The notes under the pieces: model-generated
Told to the model about the DNA's origin: nothing
Database searches by the model: none
Seen by the model: the letters and a program-made list of their open reading frames with translations, nothing else
In this document: piece by piece, positions 9,860-20,049 of the stretch
Position numbering within the stretch: the stretch's first letter is position 1
Layout: every line of letters begins with the position of its first letter
NCBI GenBank assembly: GCA_964430245.1
Contig: CAYSEW010000004.1
Coordinates: 97,115-153,363, forward strand
Reading direction: 5' to 3'
DNA length: 56,249 nt
Origin: an uncultured Flavobacteriales bacterium
GTDB taxonomy: Bacteria; Bacteroidota; Bacteroidia; Flavobacteriales_D; Parvicellaceae
Made by a program: the position numbers and the translations under genes

Positions 9860-10414
9860 TTAATATAGAATTATTTCTGTAGCTCCATTATAGCCAAACT
9901 CATGAAAAGAGGCATCATGGTACTGAAATTCAGGGTAATACTCATTTAGCTCATTAACAATCTCAGCTTTTAAAACCCCTTTACCTTTACCATGGATCAC
10001 AATCAACTTCTTTGTCTTTTTATTAATCGCTTCATTTAATTTAGATTTAAAATGAGAAAGCTGAACCTGAATGATCTGAGAGTTATTCATTCCTTTGTAA
10101 GAATCTATTAACTCCTGTATATGTAAGTCTATAATAAATGCCTCTTGTTCTCCATATTTTCTTAGATGCTTGAATTTTCTTTTTAATTGAACATCTTGTT
10201 GAGCTACCTTATCTGAATTAACTTTAGCAGAGACCTCTGAATCATTAATCTTATAATCTCCTTGTTTTCCGGTCAAGACCAATTCTTTTTCCTTGAATTC
10301 CCAGTCAAATCCATCAATTTCTATTAAATACACACCAAAAGGAAGTACCTCAATGACAATTCCTTCTCTAGTATCTTCTATTATACTTACGTGATCTCCA
10401 ACTTTAAATGACAT
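9860..10414 (-). CDS. Smr-domain protein (MutS2-related small nuclease domain)
   Basis: The C-terminal ~80 aa contain IIDLHIQEL...LIVIHGKGKGVLKAEI, matching the Smr signature (DLHG...HGKG.G.L). Confidence 0.7.
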   Translation of the reverse strand: MSFKVGDHVSIIEDTREGIVIEVLPFGVYLIEIDGFDWEFKEKELVLTGKQGDYKINDSEVSAKVNSDKVAQQDVQLKRKFKHLRKYGEQEAFIIDLHIQELIDSYKGMNNSQIIQVQLSHFKSKLNEAINKKTKKLIVIHGKGKGVLKAEIVNELNEYYPEFQYHDASFHEFGYNGATEIILY

Positions 10415-10425
10415 TGATTATCCTT

Positions 10426-13188
10426 TTAAGAATTCATTAATACTGTTATCTCATCTGAAATCTTAGACATCTTAGACTCATCCCCCTCTAGAATTGCTCC
10501 TTTTAAATCTAGGATCTGATTATTTAAAATTGTATTACTAGATGAATTCAATAAAGAAGATTCAATATTAACTATACTGTCCATTAATTTTTCAGTTTCA
10601 TAGATCTCATATTGTTTCAGCTCAATAATTTTCTGAATAATCTGTTGCTTAATTTCAGGATCTACCTTAACTGTAACTTCATCCATTGATTTTTCAACTA
10701 GTTCTTTAGATAATAAATTAGACATTGTATAAAATAAAAGATCAAAATCAATTGGCTTTGTTATGTATCCCTCCATACCACTTTCTAAAGCTATTTCCTT
10801 ACTACTCTTGAATGCATCCGCAGAAACTCCAATTACAGGAATACTTTTGGTTAAATTTGATTTCTTTAAATTTCTTGTTACCTCAGAACCATCTATATCA
10901 GGCATATGAAAATCCATTAATATAATATCAGGGATTTCTCTTTCAGCAATTTTTTTACACTCATTTCCATTATAAGCATGGTATAAAGTCACCTCAAAAT
11001 CTTCAAAAACGCCATTTAATACTTCATGATTAATCTCTGTGTCATCAACTATTAAAATTTTAACTCCCTTAAAACAAGCGCCATAATCAACCTTCTTTTC
11101 ATTATTAGAAGATTTGCCAATTTGGACTTTATCAAAAGGAACTAACACTTTAAAGGTAGAACCCTCCCCCTTTTTACTTTCTACTAATAGTTGTCCATTC
11201 ATTAATTCAACTAAAGATTTAGTAATACTTAATCCTAAACCAGTACCACCAAAATTTCTCGTAGTTGAAGAGTCTTCTTGTTCAAAAGGATTAAATATTG
11301 ATTCAATATTCTTTTTATCTATACCAATTCCTTCATCAATCACACTTAACACTAATTCATTATCATTTATTTCTGCATGGATTTGAACTTTTTTGTCTTT
11401 TTTAGTAAACTTAATAGCATTACCAACAAGGTTTAATAAAACCTGAGTCAATTTTGTATTATCACCATATATCTTTTCTGGCAATTTATTTGGGATATGA
11501 TAAGAATAATTTAATTCTTTTTCCGCAGCTTGGGCCTTACATATATTATACGCATTCTTAACAACCTGTTCGGGGCTAAACCAATCTTCTGATAGTTCAT
11601 GTTTTCCTGCTTCTATCTTAGAAAGGTCTAAAATATCATTGATAATTGATGCTAAATTATTACCACTAAGTTCTATATTATCAATGTAACTAGTAATCTT
11701 TGAAACATCTTCTTTCTTAGCGATCATTTTTTTCACCACATGACTAAAACCAATAATGGCATTTAATGGGGATCGTATTTCATGACTCATATTGGCCAAA
11801 AATTCAGTTTTACTAGCATTTAGCTTTTCTGCTTCATCTTTCGCCTTTAAAATTTCCTCTTCAGCTTTTTTCTTTTCTGTAATATCTATTATCTGCAATA
11901 AGATATTCAAGGCATTTCCCTGAGCATCCTTCATTAAGGTTACACTAGAAAGAACCCAAATATTTTGATTGTTTTTTCTAATATACCTCTCCTCATGTTC
12001 ATAACCCTGAGTTTTGCCTTTCAATAGCTGATCAAGCATATTTAGGTCATCTTTCACATGCTCTTTTTCTATAAGCTCAGTAAAAGGTTTATTGAATAAT
12101 TCACCTCGATTATAACCTGTAATTTTAGCAAATGCTTGATTAATATCATCTATCTTATGGTCTGGGTTAATAATGGCAATCCCATGTAGAGCATCCTCAA
12201 ATGTTTTTCTGAAATATTGCTCACTCAACTGTAAAAGTCTTTCTTTTTCCTCTTTAACAACGATCTCTTCTTCCAGCTCTTTAGTTCTTAAATGAACCAA
12301 AGATTCCAATTTCTTTTTACGTTGTAACCTAATGTGAGCCAGCCTTGCTTGTTCGTGTGACAATGTAAGTATCCTACCAATATCTTGAATCGAATTAAAC
12401 AGGACAGATATTATTTCATCTTTAGAACCAATAAAAAAGATCAGCCCAACTAACTCATCATATTTATTTTTAATGGGATAAAAAACTACTTCAAGATCAA
12501 AATCACTAGTTAATTGCAATATAAAACTCTTAACATCATCAAGCTCGTTATTACTAAACCCTTTGATCTTATTAAAAAATTCTGCAAAAGCAATTTCAAC
12601 TTTATCTAAAACAGGATTATTTTTTGTTTTATGAATATATTGAGTGCTTTTTTGAGATGCATTGATCTCAAACTCAAAAACCATAAACCCATATTTCTCC
12701 AATTCTAAAAACTGAGACTCAAACAACCCAATCATTAAATTACCCACCGTTTCTCTAATGTCATTATGAGTACTACCTAAAGCAATTTCTTGCATTAGTG
12801 TATGCTCTGCCTTTCTATACCTTAAAGAAAACTCACGAATAGTAACGTCACTTGCAATAAATCTTGCTCCAACATATTCATCTCCATCATAGACTCCTTT
12901 TACATAAAACTGGACAAATCTTACTGCTTTTAGCTTTGTCACTATTCTTAACACAAAGAGGTCAAGTTCTTCATTAACCAATAAAGCTTTAATCAACTCA
13001 TTAAATTGTTCCTGATCATCTGGATGAATAAAATCAATGATATTTCTATTTTCTAATTCATCATTAGAATAATGAATCAATTCCAACCATCCAGCATTAA
13101 AAAATGTGAAATTACATTTATGGTCAATGAAAATAATTCCATCATTCACCTCAGAAACAAATTTAAGCAGCTCTTCTTTTGTATTCAT
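10426..13188 (-). CDS. hybrid sensor histidine kinase/response regulator with N-terminal PAS/PAC modules
   Basis: 920 aa. PAS-like segments are present. The HisKA H-box is NMSHEIRSPLNAIIGF. The HATPase_c G-boxes are DEGIGIDKK and GGTGLGLSI. A receiver domain is present (ILIVDDTEINH...DIILMDFHMPDIDG...KP). Confidence 0.9.
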   Translation of the reverse strand: MNTKEELLKFVSEVNDGIIFIDHKCNFTFFNAGWLELIHYSNDELENRNIIDFIHPDDQEQFNELIKALLVNEELDLFVLRIVTKLKAVRFVQFYVKGVYDGDEYVGARFIASDVTIREFSLRYRKAEHTLMQEIALGSTHNDIRETVGNLMIGLFESQFLELEKYGFMVFEFEINASQKSTQYIHKTKNNPVLDKVEIAFAEFFNKIKGFSNNELDDVKSFILQLTSDFDLEVVFYPIKNKYDELVGLIFFIGSKDEIISVLFNSIQDIGRILTLSHEQARLAHIRLQRKKKLESLVHLRTKELEEEIVVKEEKERLLQLSEQYFRKTFEDALHGIAIINPDHKIDDINQAFAKITGYNRGELFNKPFTELIEKEHVKDDLNMLDQLLKGKTQGYEHEERYIRKNNQNIWVLSSVTLMKDAQGNALNILLQIIDITEKKKAEEEILKAKDEAEKLNASKTEFLANMSHEIRSPLNAIIGFSHVVKKMIAKKEDVSKITSYIDNIELSGNNLASIINDILDLSKIEAGKHELSEDWFSPEQVVKNAYNICKAQAAEKELNYSYHIPNKLPEKIYGDNTKLTQVLLNLVGNAIKFTKKDKKVQIHAEINDNELVLSVIDEGIGIDKKNIESIFNPFEQEDSSTTRNFGGTGLGLSITKSLVELMNGQLLVESKKGEGSTFKVLVPFDKVQIGKSSNNEKKVDYGACFKGVKILIVDDTEINHEVLNGVFEDFEVTLYHAYNGNECKKIAEREIPDIILMDFHMPDIDGSEVTRNLKKSNLTKSIPVIGVSADAFKSSKEIALESGMEGYITKPIDFDLLFYTMSNLLSKELVEKSMDEVTVKVDPEIKQQIIQKIIELKQYEIYETEKLMDSIVNIESSLLNSSSNTILNNQILDLKGAILEGDESKMSKISDEITVLMNS

Positions 13189-13324
13189 CTGTAATAAAGA
13201 TGTTTATACTAATTTATTGAATTTATTTGAGGAATAGTCAACTCTCTTATCACTTAAAGAATTATAATGACTTATTCCTTGATTTCAATGATAAAAACTA
13301 TTTATTGAACTTCTAAATAAAATG

Positions 13325-14644
13325 TTAGATATCTATTATTTCACCATAAAGATCAAAATGATCTGCTGATACAATCACCACATCTATAAACTCGCCTATT
13401 CTCATGTAATTTGTGTCATTTTTTTTGATCAGCACTTCATTATCAACATCTGGTGAGTCAAATTCAGTTCTACCTATAAAATAATCACCTTCGATTCTAT
13501 CGATAAGCACTTTTAATTTCTTTCCAACTTTTTTCTGATTCAAATCATAAGAAATACCTGCCTGCAATTCCATAATTGCATCTGCCCTTTCTTTTTTTAA
13601 TTTTTCAGGAACATCATCCTCTAGTTGATAAGCATGTGTGTTTTCCTCATGAGAATAAGTAAAAATACCTAGTCTATCGAACCTCATCTCTTCTACCCAA
13701 TTGTACATTTCATTAAAATCTTCTTGATCTTCACCAGGATATCCTGCAATTAAAGTAGTTCTTATGGCTATATCAGGTATTTTTTCTCTTATATCTTTAA
13801 TTAACTGAACTGTCTTTTCTCTATTTATGCCTCTTCTCATAGACTTTAAGATCTTTGATGAACCATGCTGTAATGGAATATCCAGATAATTACAAATTTT
13901 TGGATTATCCCTCATAACATCTATCACATCCATTGGAAATCCAGAAGGATAAGCATAATGTAATCGAATCCATTCTATGCCTTCTACCAATGACAATTTA
14001 TCTAGAAGCTGAGCCAATTCTCTTTTCTTATATAAATCCAACCCATAATAAGTAAGATCCTGAGCAATCAGCATTAATTCTTTTACTCCTTTTGATGCTA
14101 GCGATTTTGCTTGTGTTATCAGATCTTCTATTGGAGTAGAACGATGTTTTCCTCTCATAATAGGAATGGCACAAAAAGAACATGGTCTATCACAGCCTTC
14201 AGCAATTTTTAAATAGGCATAATGAAGAGGAGTAGTTAAAATCCTTTCGCCTAAAAGTTCATGCTTATAATCAGCTTTTAAAGTTTTTAAAAGAACAGGG
14301 AGGTCTCTTGTGCCAAAATAAGCATCTACTTCTGGAATTTCTTTTTTAAGATCTTCTTTATATCTTTCAGATAGACAACCAGATACATAAAGCTGATCTA
14401 CTAATCCTTTCTTTTTGGCCTCTACATAGTTGATAATCGTATCAATAGATTCTTCTTTAGCATTATCAATAAAACCACAGGTATTGATGATGACTATTTC
14501 AGCATCATGTTCATCGGAATCATGGGCAACTTCAAATTTATTGGCTTTAAGCTGAGCCATCATTACTTCAGAATCAAAAATATTCTTAGAACATCCTAAA
14601 GTGATGACATTTACTTTATTTTTTCTGAGTGTTTTAGTTTTCAA
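13325..14644 (-). CDS. rimO: ribosomal protein S12 methylthiotransferase RimO (radical-SAM MTTase)
   Basis: The N-terminal MTTase Cys motifs are ITLGCSKNIFDSE and IINTCGFIDNAKEES. The radical-SAM CxxxCxxC appears in YAYLKIAEGCDRPCSFCAIPIMRG. A C-terminal TRAM-like end is present. Colinear with E. coli RimO motifs recalled from memory. Confidence 0.85.
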   Translation of the reverse strand: MKTKTLRKNKVNVITLGCSKNIFDSEVMMAQLKANKFEVAHDSDEHDAEIVIINTCGFIDNAKEESIDTIINYVEAKKKGLVDQLYVSGCLSERYKEDLKKEIPEVDAYFGTRDLPVLLKTLKADYKHELLGERILTTPLHYAYLKIAEGCDRPCSFCAIPIMRGKHRSTPIEDLITQAKSLASKGVKELMLIAQDLTYYGLDLYKKRELAQLLDKLSLVEGIEWIRLHYAYPSGFPMDVIDVMRDNPKICNYLDIPLQHGSSKILKSMRRGINREKTVQLIKDIREKIPDIAIRTTLIAGYPGEDQEDFNEMYNWVEEMRFDRLGIFTYSHEENTHAYQLEDDVPEKLKKERADAIMELQAGISYDLNQKKVGKKLKVLIDRIEGDYFIGRTEFDSPDVDNEVLIKKNDTNYMRIGEFIDVVIVSADHFDLYGEIIDI

Positions 14645-14666
14645 ACCTTAAATTTTAAAAATCAAT

Positions 14667-15662
14667 TTATTTTTCGAATCCTGAACCTTCAAATAAAGAA
14701 TCAACAAATTCTTTTCTATCAAAAACCTGTAATTGTTCAACACCTTCACCTACGCCAATATATTTAACTGGTATCTTGAACTGGTCTGTTATGCCTATTA
14801 CAACCCCTCCTTTAGCAGTGCCATCTAATTTAGTCAAAGCCATTGATGTAACTTCTGTTGAATTTATGAATTGATTGGCTTGTTCGATCGCATTCTGCCC
14901 TGTAGAACCATCTAGTATCAATAAAACATCGTGTGGAGCATCAGGAAGGACCTTCTTCATTACATTTTTAATTTTTGACAATTCATTCATTAAATTGACC
15001 TTATTATGAAGCCTTCCAGCTGTATCAATAATAACTACATCTGCATCCTGAGCTTTAGCACTCTGTAAAGTATCAAATGCAACAGATGCTGGATCTGCGC
15101 CCATTCCCTGTTGTACTATAGGAACGCCAACCCTTTCAGCCCAAATAGTTAATTGATCAACTGCAGCAGCTCTAAAAGTATCTGATGCACCTAAGACCAC
15201 CTTTAGCCCTTTTTTATTAAACTGATGAGCTAATTTTCCTATTGTCGTTGTTTTCCCTACTCCATTAACTCCTACAACCATTATAACAAAAGGTCCTTCA
15301 GTTTCAGGAATTGAAAAATCAATTTGGTCCTCAATATTGTTTTCATCAAGAATCCCACTTATTTCTTCTTTTAACAAAAGGTTTAATTGTGCAATTCCAA
15401 CATATTTATCTTTACTAACTCTTTCCTCAAGTCGATCTATGATCTTTAATGTAGTAGACACACTTACATCTGAAGATACTAGTATTTCCTCCAAATCATC
15501 AAGAACATCATCATCGACTTTAGATTTTCCTGCTACTGAAGAAGCTATTTTTGAAAAGAAACTTTTTTTTGTCTTTTCTAATCCCTGATTAAGGTCTTCT
15601 TTTTTTTCTTTAGTAAAAAAACTTTTCCAGCCCATAATGTAAGTAGCGTTTATAACGAACAA
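14667..15662 (-). CDS. ftsY: signal recognition particle receptor FtsY
   Basis: The SRP GTPase NG domain is present. The P-loop is GVNGVGKTTTIGKLA. The DTAGR and TKLDG motifs are both present. Confidence 0.92.
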   Translation of the reverse strand: MFVINATYIMGWKSFFTKEKKEDLNQGLEKTKKSFFSKIASSVAGKSKVDDDVLDDLEEILVSSDVSVSTTLKIIDRLEERVSKDKYVGIAQLNLLLKEEISGILDENNIEDQIDFSIPETEGPFVIMVVGVNGVGKTTTIGKLAHQFNKKGLKVVLGASDTFRAAAVDQLTIWAERVGVPIVQQGMGADPASVAFDTLQSAKAQDADVVIIDTAGRLHNKVNLMNELSKIKNVMKKVLPDAPHDVLLILDGSTGQNAIEQANQFINSTEVTSMALTKLDGTAKGGVVIGITDQFKIPVKYIGVGEGVEQLQVFDRKEFVDSLFEGSGFEK

Positions 15663-15711
15663 AAGCTTCTCCTGATATAGAAGAAGCTCATGTAGCTAAT
15701 TATTTTAATAA

Positions 15712-15867
15712 TTATTTTTTCTGAAACCAATCACTAACCTGTTGATTAGCAATGATCTCTTCTTTAAATGTATATGCACCTGTTTTTGGTGACTTAACCA
15801 TTTTAATCACCTTTGTATGTTGTTTACCACCACCTTTTTGTAACGATGCTACTGCTTTCTTTGCCAT
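15712..15867 (-). CDS. small conserved basic protein (51 aa) co-transcribed with rpmG and ftsY. It resembles the Bacteroidota DUF4295-type small proteins found at this position
   Basis: This ORF is not in the supplied track because it is shorter than 60 aa. Reverse-strand translation gives MAKKAVASLQKGGGKQHTKVIKMVKSPKTGAYTFKEEIIANQQVSDWFQKK. It lies 8 nt downstream of rpmG and 49 nt upstream of ftsY. Confidence 0.55.
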   Translation of the reverse strand: MAKKAVASLQKGGGKQHTKVIKMVKSPKTGAYTFKEEIIANQQVSDWFQKK

Positions 15868-15875
15868 GACAAATA

Positions 15876-16058
15876 TTATTTAATCTCTTTATGAATAGTA
15901 TGTTTCTTTAGGATAGGATTGTATTTTTTGATCTCCAATCTATCTGGACTGTTCTTTCTGTTCTTGGTTGAAATGTATCTAGAAGTACCTGGCATACCAC
16001 TGTCTTTATGCTCTGTACATTCTAAAATAACCTGAACTCTATTTCCTTTCTTAGCCAT
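15876..16058 (-). CDS. rpmG: 50S ribosomal protein L33
   Basis: 60 aa. [48 protein letters not shown] matches L33. Confidence 0.9.
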   Translation of the reverse strand: MAKKGNRVQVILECTEHKDSGMPGTSRYISTKNRKNSPDRLEIKKYNPILKKHTIHKEIK

Positions 16059-16122
16059 TATTCCAATTTTTATAGGGGTGCAAAGATATAGATATATTTA
16101 TAGATATACAACACATGCATTA

Positions 16123-17547
16123 TTATTTATCATTTAAATAGCTTCTTAATTGCATTAAAGATTCTATTTCCTTAATTGTTTTTGGCACACAATCAGATAT
16201 TACCTCAGGCTCTCCTGTAGTGATTAAGACATCATCTTCTATTCTAACTCCAATATTCCACCATTTAGGATCACAAGGAGATCCTTCAGCTATATAAATT
16301 CCTGGTTCCACTGTAATTACTGAATTTGCCTGCAAAAATCCATAAGTACCCATATCATGCACATCCAATCCTAAATAATGGGAAGTTCCATGCATAAAGT
16401 ACCTACTAAGCTCAAATGGTTTTTTTATAATCCCTAAATCCATTAATCTTTGAGATATAACTGTAGTAGCTGCTATATTTGGATCCCAAAAGCGATTTCC
16501 TGACTTACAAACCTCAATCCCTGCCTGTTGAGCATCGTATACAATTTGGTAAATAATTCTTTCTTCATTAGAAAATGAACCATCAAGTGGAATTGTTCTT
16601 GTAACGTCTGCTGTATATCCATGGTACTCAGCACCTACATCACTGACTAAAAGATTAGCCCCCTTCATCGTTTTTCTATTGGTAGTATAATGAAGGATAC
16701 AGCTATTTTCACCACTTCCTAAAATAGAAGGAAACCCAGGATATTCAGCTCCATTTTTCTTAAAAATATATTCCACAACTGCTTCTGCTTGATATTCTTT
16801 CATTCCAGGTTCTAAATATTTCATCAATTCTATCTGAGCTTCACATGTAATCTCAATTGCCCTCCTCATTAACTGAAGCTCTTCGGGGGTTTTAATCTCT
16901 CTCATTATAGAAAGCCATTTTTTTATACCTGAATGATCCACTTCTTCTTCTTTATTCACTGGAATTTTCGCATTTAATTGTTGCTTTAAATTGTACAGAT
17001 CGTCTTTTTTATAAGGGTTATCTTTAACATCATGTTTTAAATTTAAAACATGAATAGATTCAAAATTATCCAGATTAAGATCAATATCTTTAAAATCTAA
17101 AGCGTTAAAAGCCATATTAACCTTTAGTATATTCTCAGCACCATCAATCCCCAAACGTTTACCATCCCAAACTTCTTCTTCAGGATTCCGAGGCTGAACA
17201 AAAAGAACTTCATTAGTAGGCTCTGAATTGACCATCACTTCATCTTTAAAGATCACCAATAAACTATGTGGCTCTTCATAACCGGATAAATAATACATAT
17301 TAGGGTCCTGATGATATTCGAAGTTTACATCATTCGAACGATTTCTAACTGGATTAGCCAAAACAAAAGCAACTGACTTATCTGGCATCATTGTTCTAAA
17401 CATCTTTCTTCTATCAGCAAAAAATTCAGCAGGCAACTTATCTACATCGTAAAGCTGATCATTTTCAGACAACTGAATAGTATCTATCGATTCCTGACTA
17501 GAAAACATTTGAAACGAAAAAAGAAAAAGAAATAAAATCCACTTCAT
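16123..17547 (-). CDS. Xaa-Pro aminopeptidase (M24B family), periplasmic
   Basis: There is a signal peptide. An AMP_N-like N-terminal domain is present. The M24 metal-binding motifs HGTSHYLGLDVHD, DVGAEYHGYTADVTRT and VEPGIY are all present. Confidence 0.8.
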   Translation of the reverse strand: MKWILFLFLFSFQMFSSQESIDTIQLSENDQLYDVDKLPAEFFADRRKMFRTMMPDKSVAFVLANPVRNRSNDVNFEYHQDPNMYYLSGYEEPHSLLVIFKDEVMVNSEPTNEVLFVQPRNPEEEVWDGKRLGIDGAENILKVNMAFNALDFKDIDLNLDNFESIHVLNLKHDVKDNPYKKDDLYNLKQQLNAKIPVNKEEEVDHSGIKKWLSIMREIKTPEELQLMRRAIEITCEAQIELMKYLEPGMKEYQAEAVVEYIFKKNGAEYPGFPSILGSGENSCILHYTTNRKTMKGANLLVSDVGAEYHGYTADVTRTIPLDGSFSNEERIIYQIVYDAQQAGIEVCKSGNRFWDPNIAATTVISQRLMDLGIIKKPFELSRYFMHGTSHYLGLDVHDMGTYGFLQANSVITVEPGIYIAEGSPCDPKWWNIGVRIEDDVLITTGEPEVISDCVPKTIKEIESLMQLRSYLNDK

Positions 17548-17550
17548 AAT

Positions 17551-17590
17551 TAAAATAAAAAAGCCTTGCTACCAAAGGTAACAAGGCTTT
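17551..17590 (-). terminator. Rho-independent terminator after rpmB
   Basis: A perfect 13-bp inverted repeat (AAGCCTTGCTACC / GGTAACAAGGCTT, loop AAA) lies at 17561-17589. On the minus strand it is followed by TTTTTTATTTTA. Confidence 0.55.
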
Positions 17591-17610
17591 AAATATAATA
17601 CAATAATAAC

Positions 17611-17844
17611 TTATATTTTGCCGTGCTCTTTCACTTCTTTAAGAACAGCGCTAATTCCTTTTTTATTAATGGTCCTAATAGCAGATGCTGATAATTTAAG
17701 CGTAATCCACTTACCTTCCTCAGGAATAAAAAACTTCTTGGTTTGCAAATTAGGATAGAATTTCCTTTTAGTTTTTCTATTTGAGTGAGAAACATTATTC
17801 CCAACCATTACTTTTTTTCCTGTTAACTGACAAACTCTAGACAT
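17611..17844 (-). CDS. rpmB: 50S ribosomal protein L28
   Basis: MSRVCQLTGKKVMVGNNVSHSNRKTKRKFYPNLQ is a canonical L28 N-terminus. The track ORF begins 8 codons upstream at 17868, and the ATG at 17844 is the likely start. Confidence 0.85.
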   Translation of the reverse strand: MSRVCQLTGKKVMVGNNVSHSNRKTKRKFYPNLQTKKFFIPEEGKWITLKLSASAIRTINKKGISAVLKEVKEHGKI

Positions 17845-17912
17845 CTCTTTATTTTTTTGAGTGTGCAAATTAAATTGTTTTTTCGCTGAAAAACAAACAT
17901 CAACACTTCTTT

Positions 17913-19850
17913 TTACTTTCTTCTTTTTTGTTGTTGTTTAGCCATGTCCTCCATCCTTTGCTGAAATTTAGATTTTTTCTTTGGCTTCTTTTTATTTTCT
18001 TCTATCTGTAATCTAATCTTATTTTCATCGATCATGTATTTTTTTATGCTCCACATAATCCCCAAGTTCATCATATTTCCACAGAAATAATAATAAGTCA
18101 ATCCAGATGAAAAACTATTTAAGAAAAATAGCATCATAAATGGGAAAATATACATAATGATTTTCATATTAGGCATCCCTGGAGAACTAGTCATTTGACT
18201 ACTATTCATCATTGTATAAGCAAATGTAGAAGCTGCCATCAATAAAGTAAAAAGACTTACATGATCTCCATACATAGGAATATTAAAACCTAAATCTAAA
18301 ATTGAATCATAGGAGCTTAAGTCTTCTGCCCATAAAAAACCCTCATGCCTAAGATCGATACTTGATGGAAAAAATTTAAATACTGCTAATAATATCGGCA
18401 TTTGGATAAGCATTGGAATACAACCTGCCATTGGATTTACACCAGTTTGTTTATACAGCCCCATTGTCTCCTTCTGCTTTTTCATCATTACATCTCGATC
18501 TGTCTTACCTTCATATTTTTTATTGATTTTCTCAATCTCAGGCTTTAATACCTTCATTTTTGCAGTTGACTTATAATTTTTATAAGTAAGAGGTAAAATG
18601 ATCAATTTAACGATCAGTGTAACCAATAGAATAATTAAACCAAAAGAAAGACCTGTTGATTTAAGCAAATTAAAAATAGGCTCTATTAAAATCTGATTCA
18701 CCCATCTAAATATCCCCCATCCTAAATTAATCAGCCCTTCCATTTCATTATCATAGGAAGCAAGTAGCTCAGCATCATTGGGACCAAAAAAGAATTTCAA
18801 TTTTACATCATTATTTTCCGGCAATGACATATTTGAATTATAGAATATGGTGTACTTATCATCAGTCAATGGTTTCTGAGAAAAATTACCAGCCGCAAAT
18901 CCATCATCATAGATAAGAACAGAAGAGAAAAACTTTTGTTTATATGCTATCCAATTCAATTTACCAGCTTCTATCTCACCAGACCCCTCTTGATTTTCAT
19001 ATAAATAATCTCTTCCCTCTCCTAAATATCTATACATAGTAGTGCAAATCATTCTCTCATCACTTGCTAGTTTTTCTGTAGACAAACCTTTCATATACCA
19101 GTTCATCTCAACATCTTTCACATAATTACTTGTAAGGTTTTCATATTTTATAGAATAATCTACATGATAATTTCCTTTTTTAAGCTCATAAATAAATTTG
19201 ATCTTTTTTGTTCCATCATCAGACACAAGTGAAAGAACGAGTGTGTTTTCAGGTGAGTCTTCCTTTTTAAAGTAAAAATCATTGGTATTTAAATCTACAT
19301 CATCGGCTTCATTGGTAAAGCTGATACTTTGCCCTGAGGATTCCTCTTCAAACAATTTCAGAGGGATATTTTTACCTGCTACATAATCAGCATGCGTAGT
19401 ATATTTATAATCCCCATTTTTCTTTTTTTCTACTAAAAACACTTCTGTTATTCTACCTCCCTTTGAAGAAAATCTAATCCTAATCTTATCATTTTCTAAT
19501 TGATAATGACTAGAATCCTCATTAAGAGCTGTATAAAATATACCATATTGATCCTTTTTTTGAGCCAGCTCTATCTTTTCTTTTAATAATATAGCTGCAG
19601 AATCATCAAGTAAAGGATCACTTAATTGGTTTTCAGCAGATAAACTCTCTTCTAACGAAGAATCATACAAAAGCGAATCAGCAGTTATTTTATTAGTTGA
19701 AGAATCTGTAGATTCAGCGCCTGATTCACCTTTCGCTTTTTCTTTTTTATTTGAATTATCAACAGGTTGTTGCTGCTCATTATTTAAAATAAGAAATGCA
19801 ATAAATATTGCTCCGATCAATAATATTCCTGTTAGTGTATTTTTATCCAT
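17913..19850 (-). CDS. yidC: membrane protein insertase YidC (long Bacteroidota form)
   Basis: 645 aa. It has an N-terminal TM segment, a large periplasmic domain and C-terminal TM helices (GCIPMLIQMPILLAVFKFF). The basic C-terminal tail KKKPKKKSKFQQR...QQQKRRK is present. Confidence 0.9.
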   Translation of the reverse strand: MDKNTLTGILLIGAIFIAFLILNNEQQQPVDNSNKKEKAKGESGAESTDSSTNKITADSLLYDSSLEESLSAENQLSDPLLDDSAAILLKEKIELAQKKDQYGIFYTALNEDSSHYQLENDKIRIRFSSKGGRITEVFLVEKKKNGDYKYTTHADYVAGKNIPLKLFEEESSGQSISFTNEADDVDLNTNDFYFKKEDSPENTLVLSLVSDDGTKKIKFIYELKKGNYHVDYSIKYENLTSNYVKDVEMNWYMKGLSTEKLASDERMICTTMYRYLGEGRDYLYENQEGSGEIEAGKLNWIAYKQKFFSSVLIYDDGFAAGNFSQKPLTDDKYTIFYNSNMSLPENNDVKLKFFFGPNDAELLASYDNEMEGLINLGWGIFRWVNQILIEPIFNLLKSTGLSFGLIILLVTLIVKLIILPLTYKNYKSTAKMKVLKPEIEKINKKYEGKTDRDVMMKKQKETMGLYKQTGVNPMAGCIPMLIQMPILLAVFKFFPSSIDLRHEGFLWAEDLSSYDSILDLGFNIPMYGDHVSLFTLLMAASTFAYTMMNSSQMTSSPGMPNMKIIMYIFPFMMLFFLNSFSSGLTYYYFCGNMMNLGIMWSIKKYMIDENKIRLQIEENKKKPKKKSKFQQRMEDMAKQQQKRRK

Positions 19851-19979
19851 TTAAGAAAATTTCAATTCTTTTAAGACCGCAAATATATTTTTTCTTAACC
19901 AAACACTTAGTGATTAATTCTTCTTTTTTTAATATTTATCAGGTGCCATAGTGGAAAACTTTGTGAATAAAGGGATTTG

Positions 19980-20010
19980 TGATTTCTAAAATAAAACTGA
20001 TTTCTAAAAT
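19980..20010. repeat. tandem direct repeat of TGATTTCTAAAAT (2 copies, 18-nt spacing) in the divergent yidC / hypothetical-gene intergenic region
   Basis: Copies at 19980-19992 and 19998-20010 are identical 13-mers. They lie ~40-70 nt upstream of the 20050 ORF. Confidence 0.4.
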
Positions 20011-20049
20011 ATTTTTGTAACTGTTGAAGTAAACCCTACAATTAAAATA

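Noticed and set aside
10426-10725. Possible degenerate Hpt domain at the C-terminus of the hybrid histidine kinase (…ILDLKGAILEG…)
   Set aside because: The KG-containing helix resembles an Hpt motif, but no His sits at the phospho-accepting position. It is too weak to call without a profile search.
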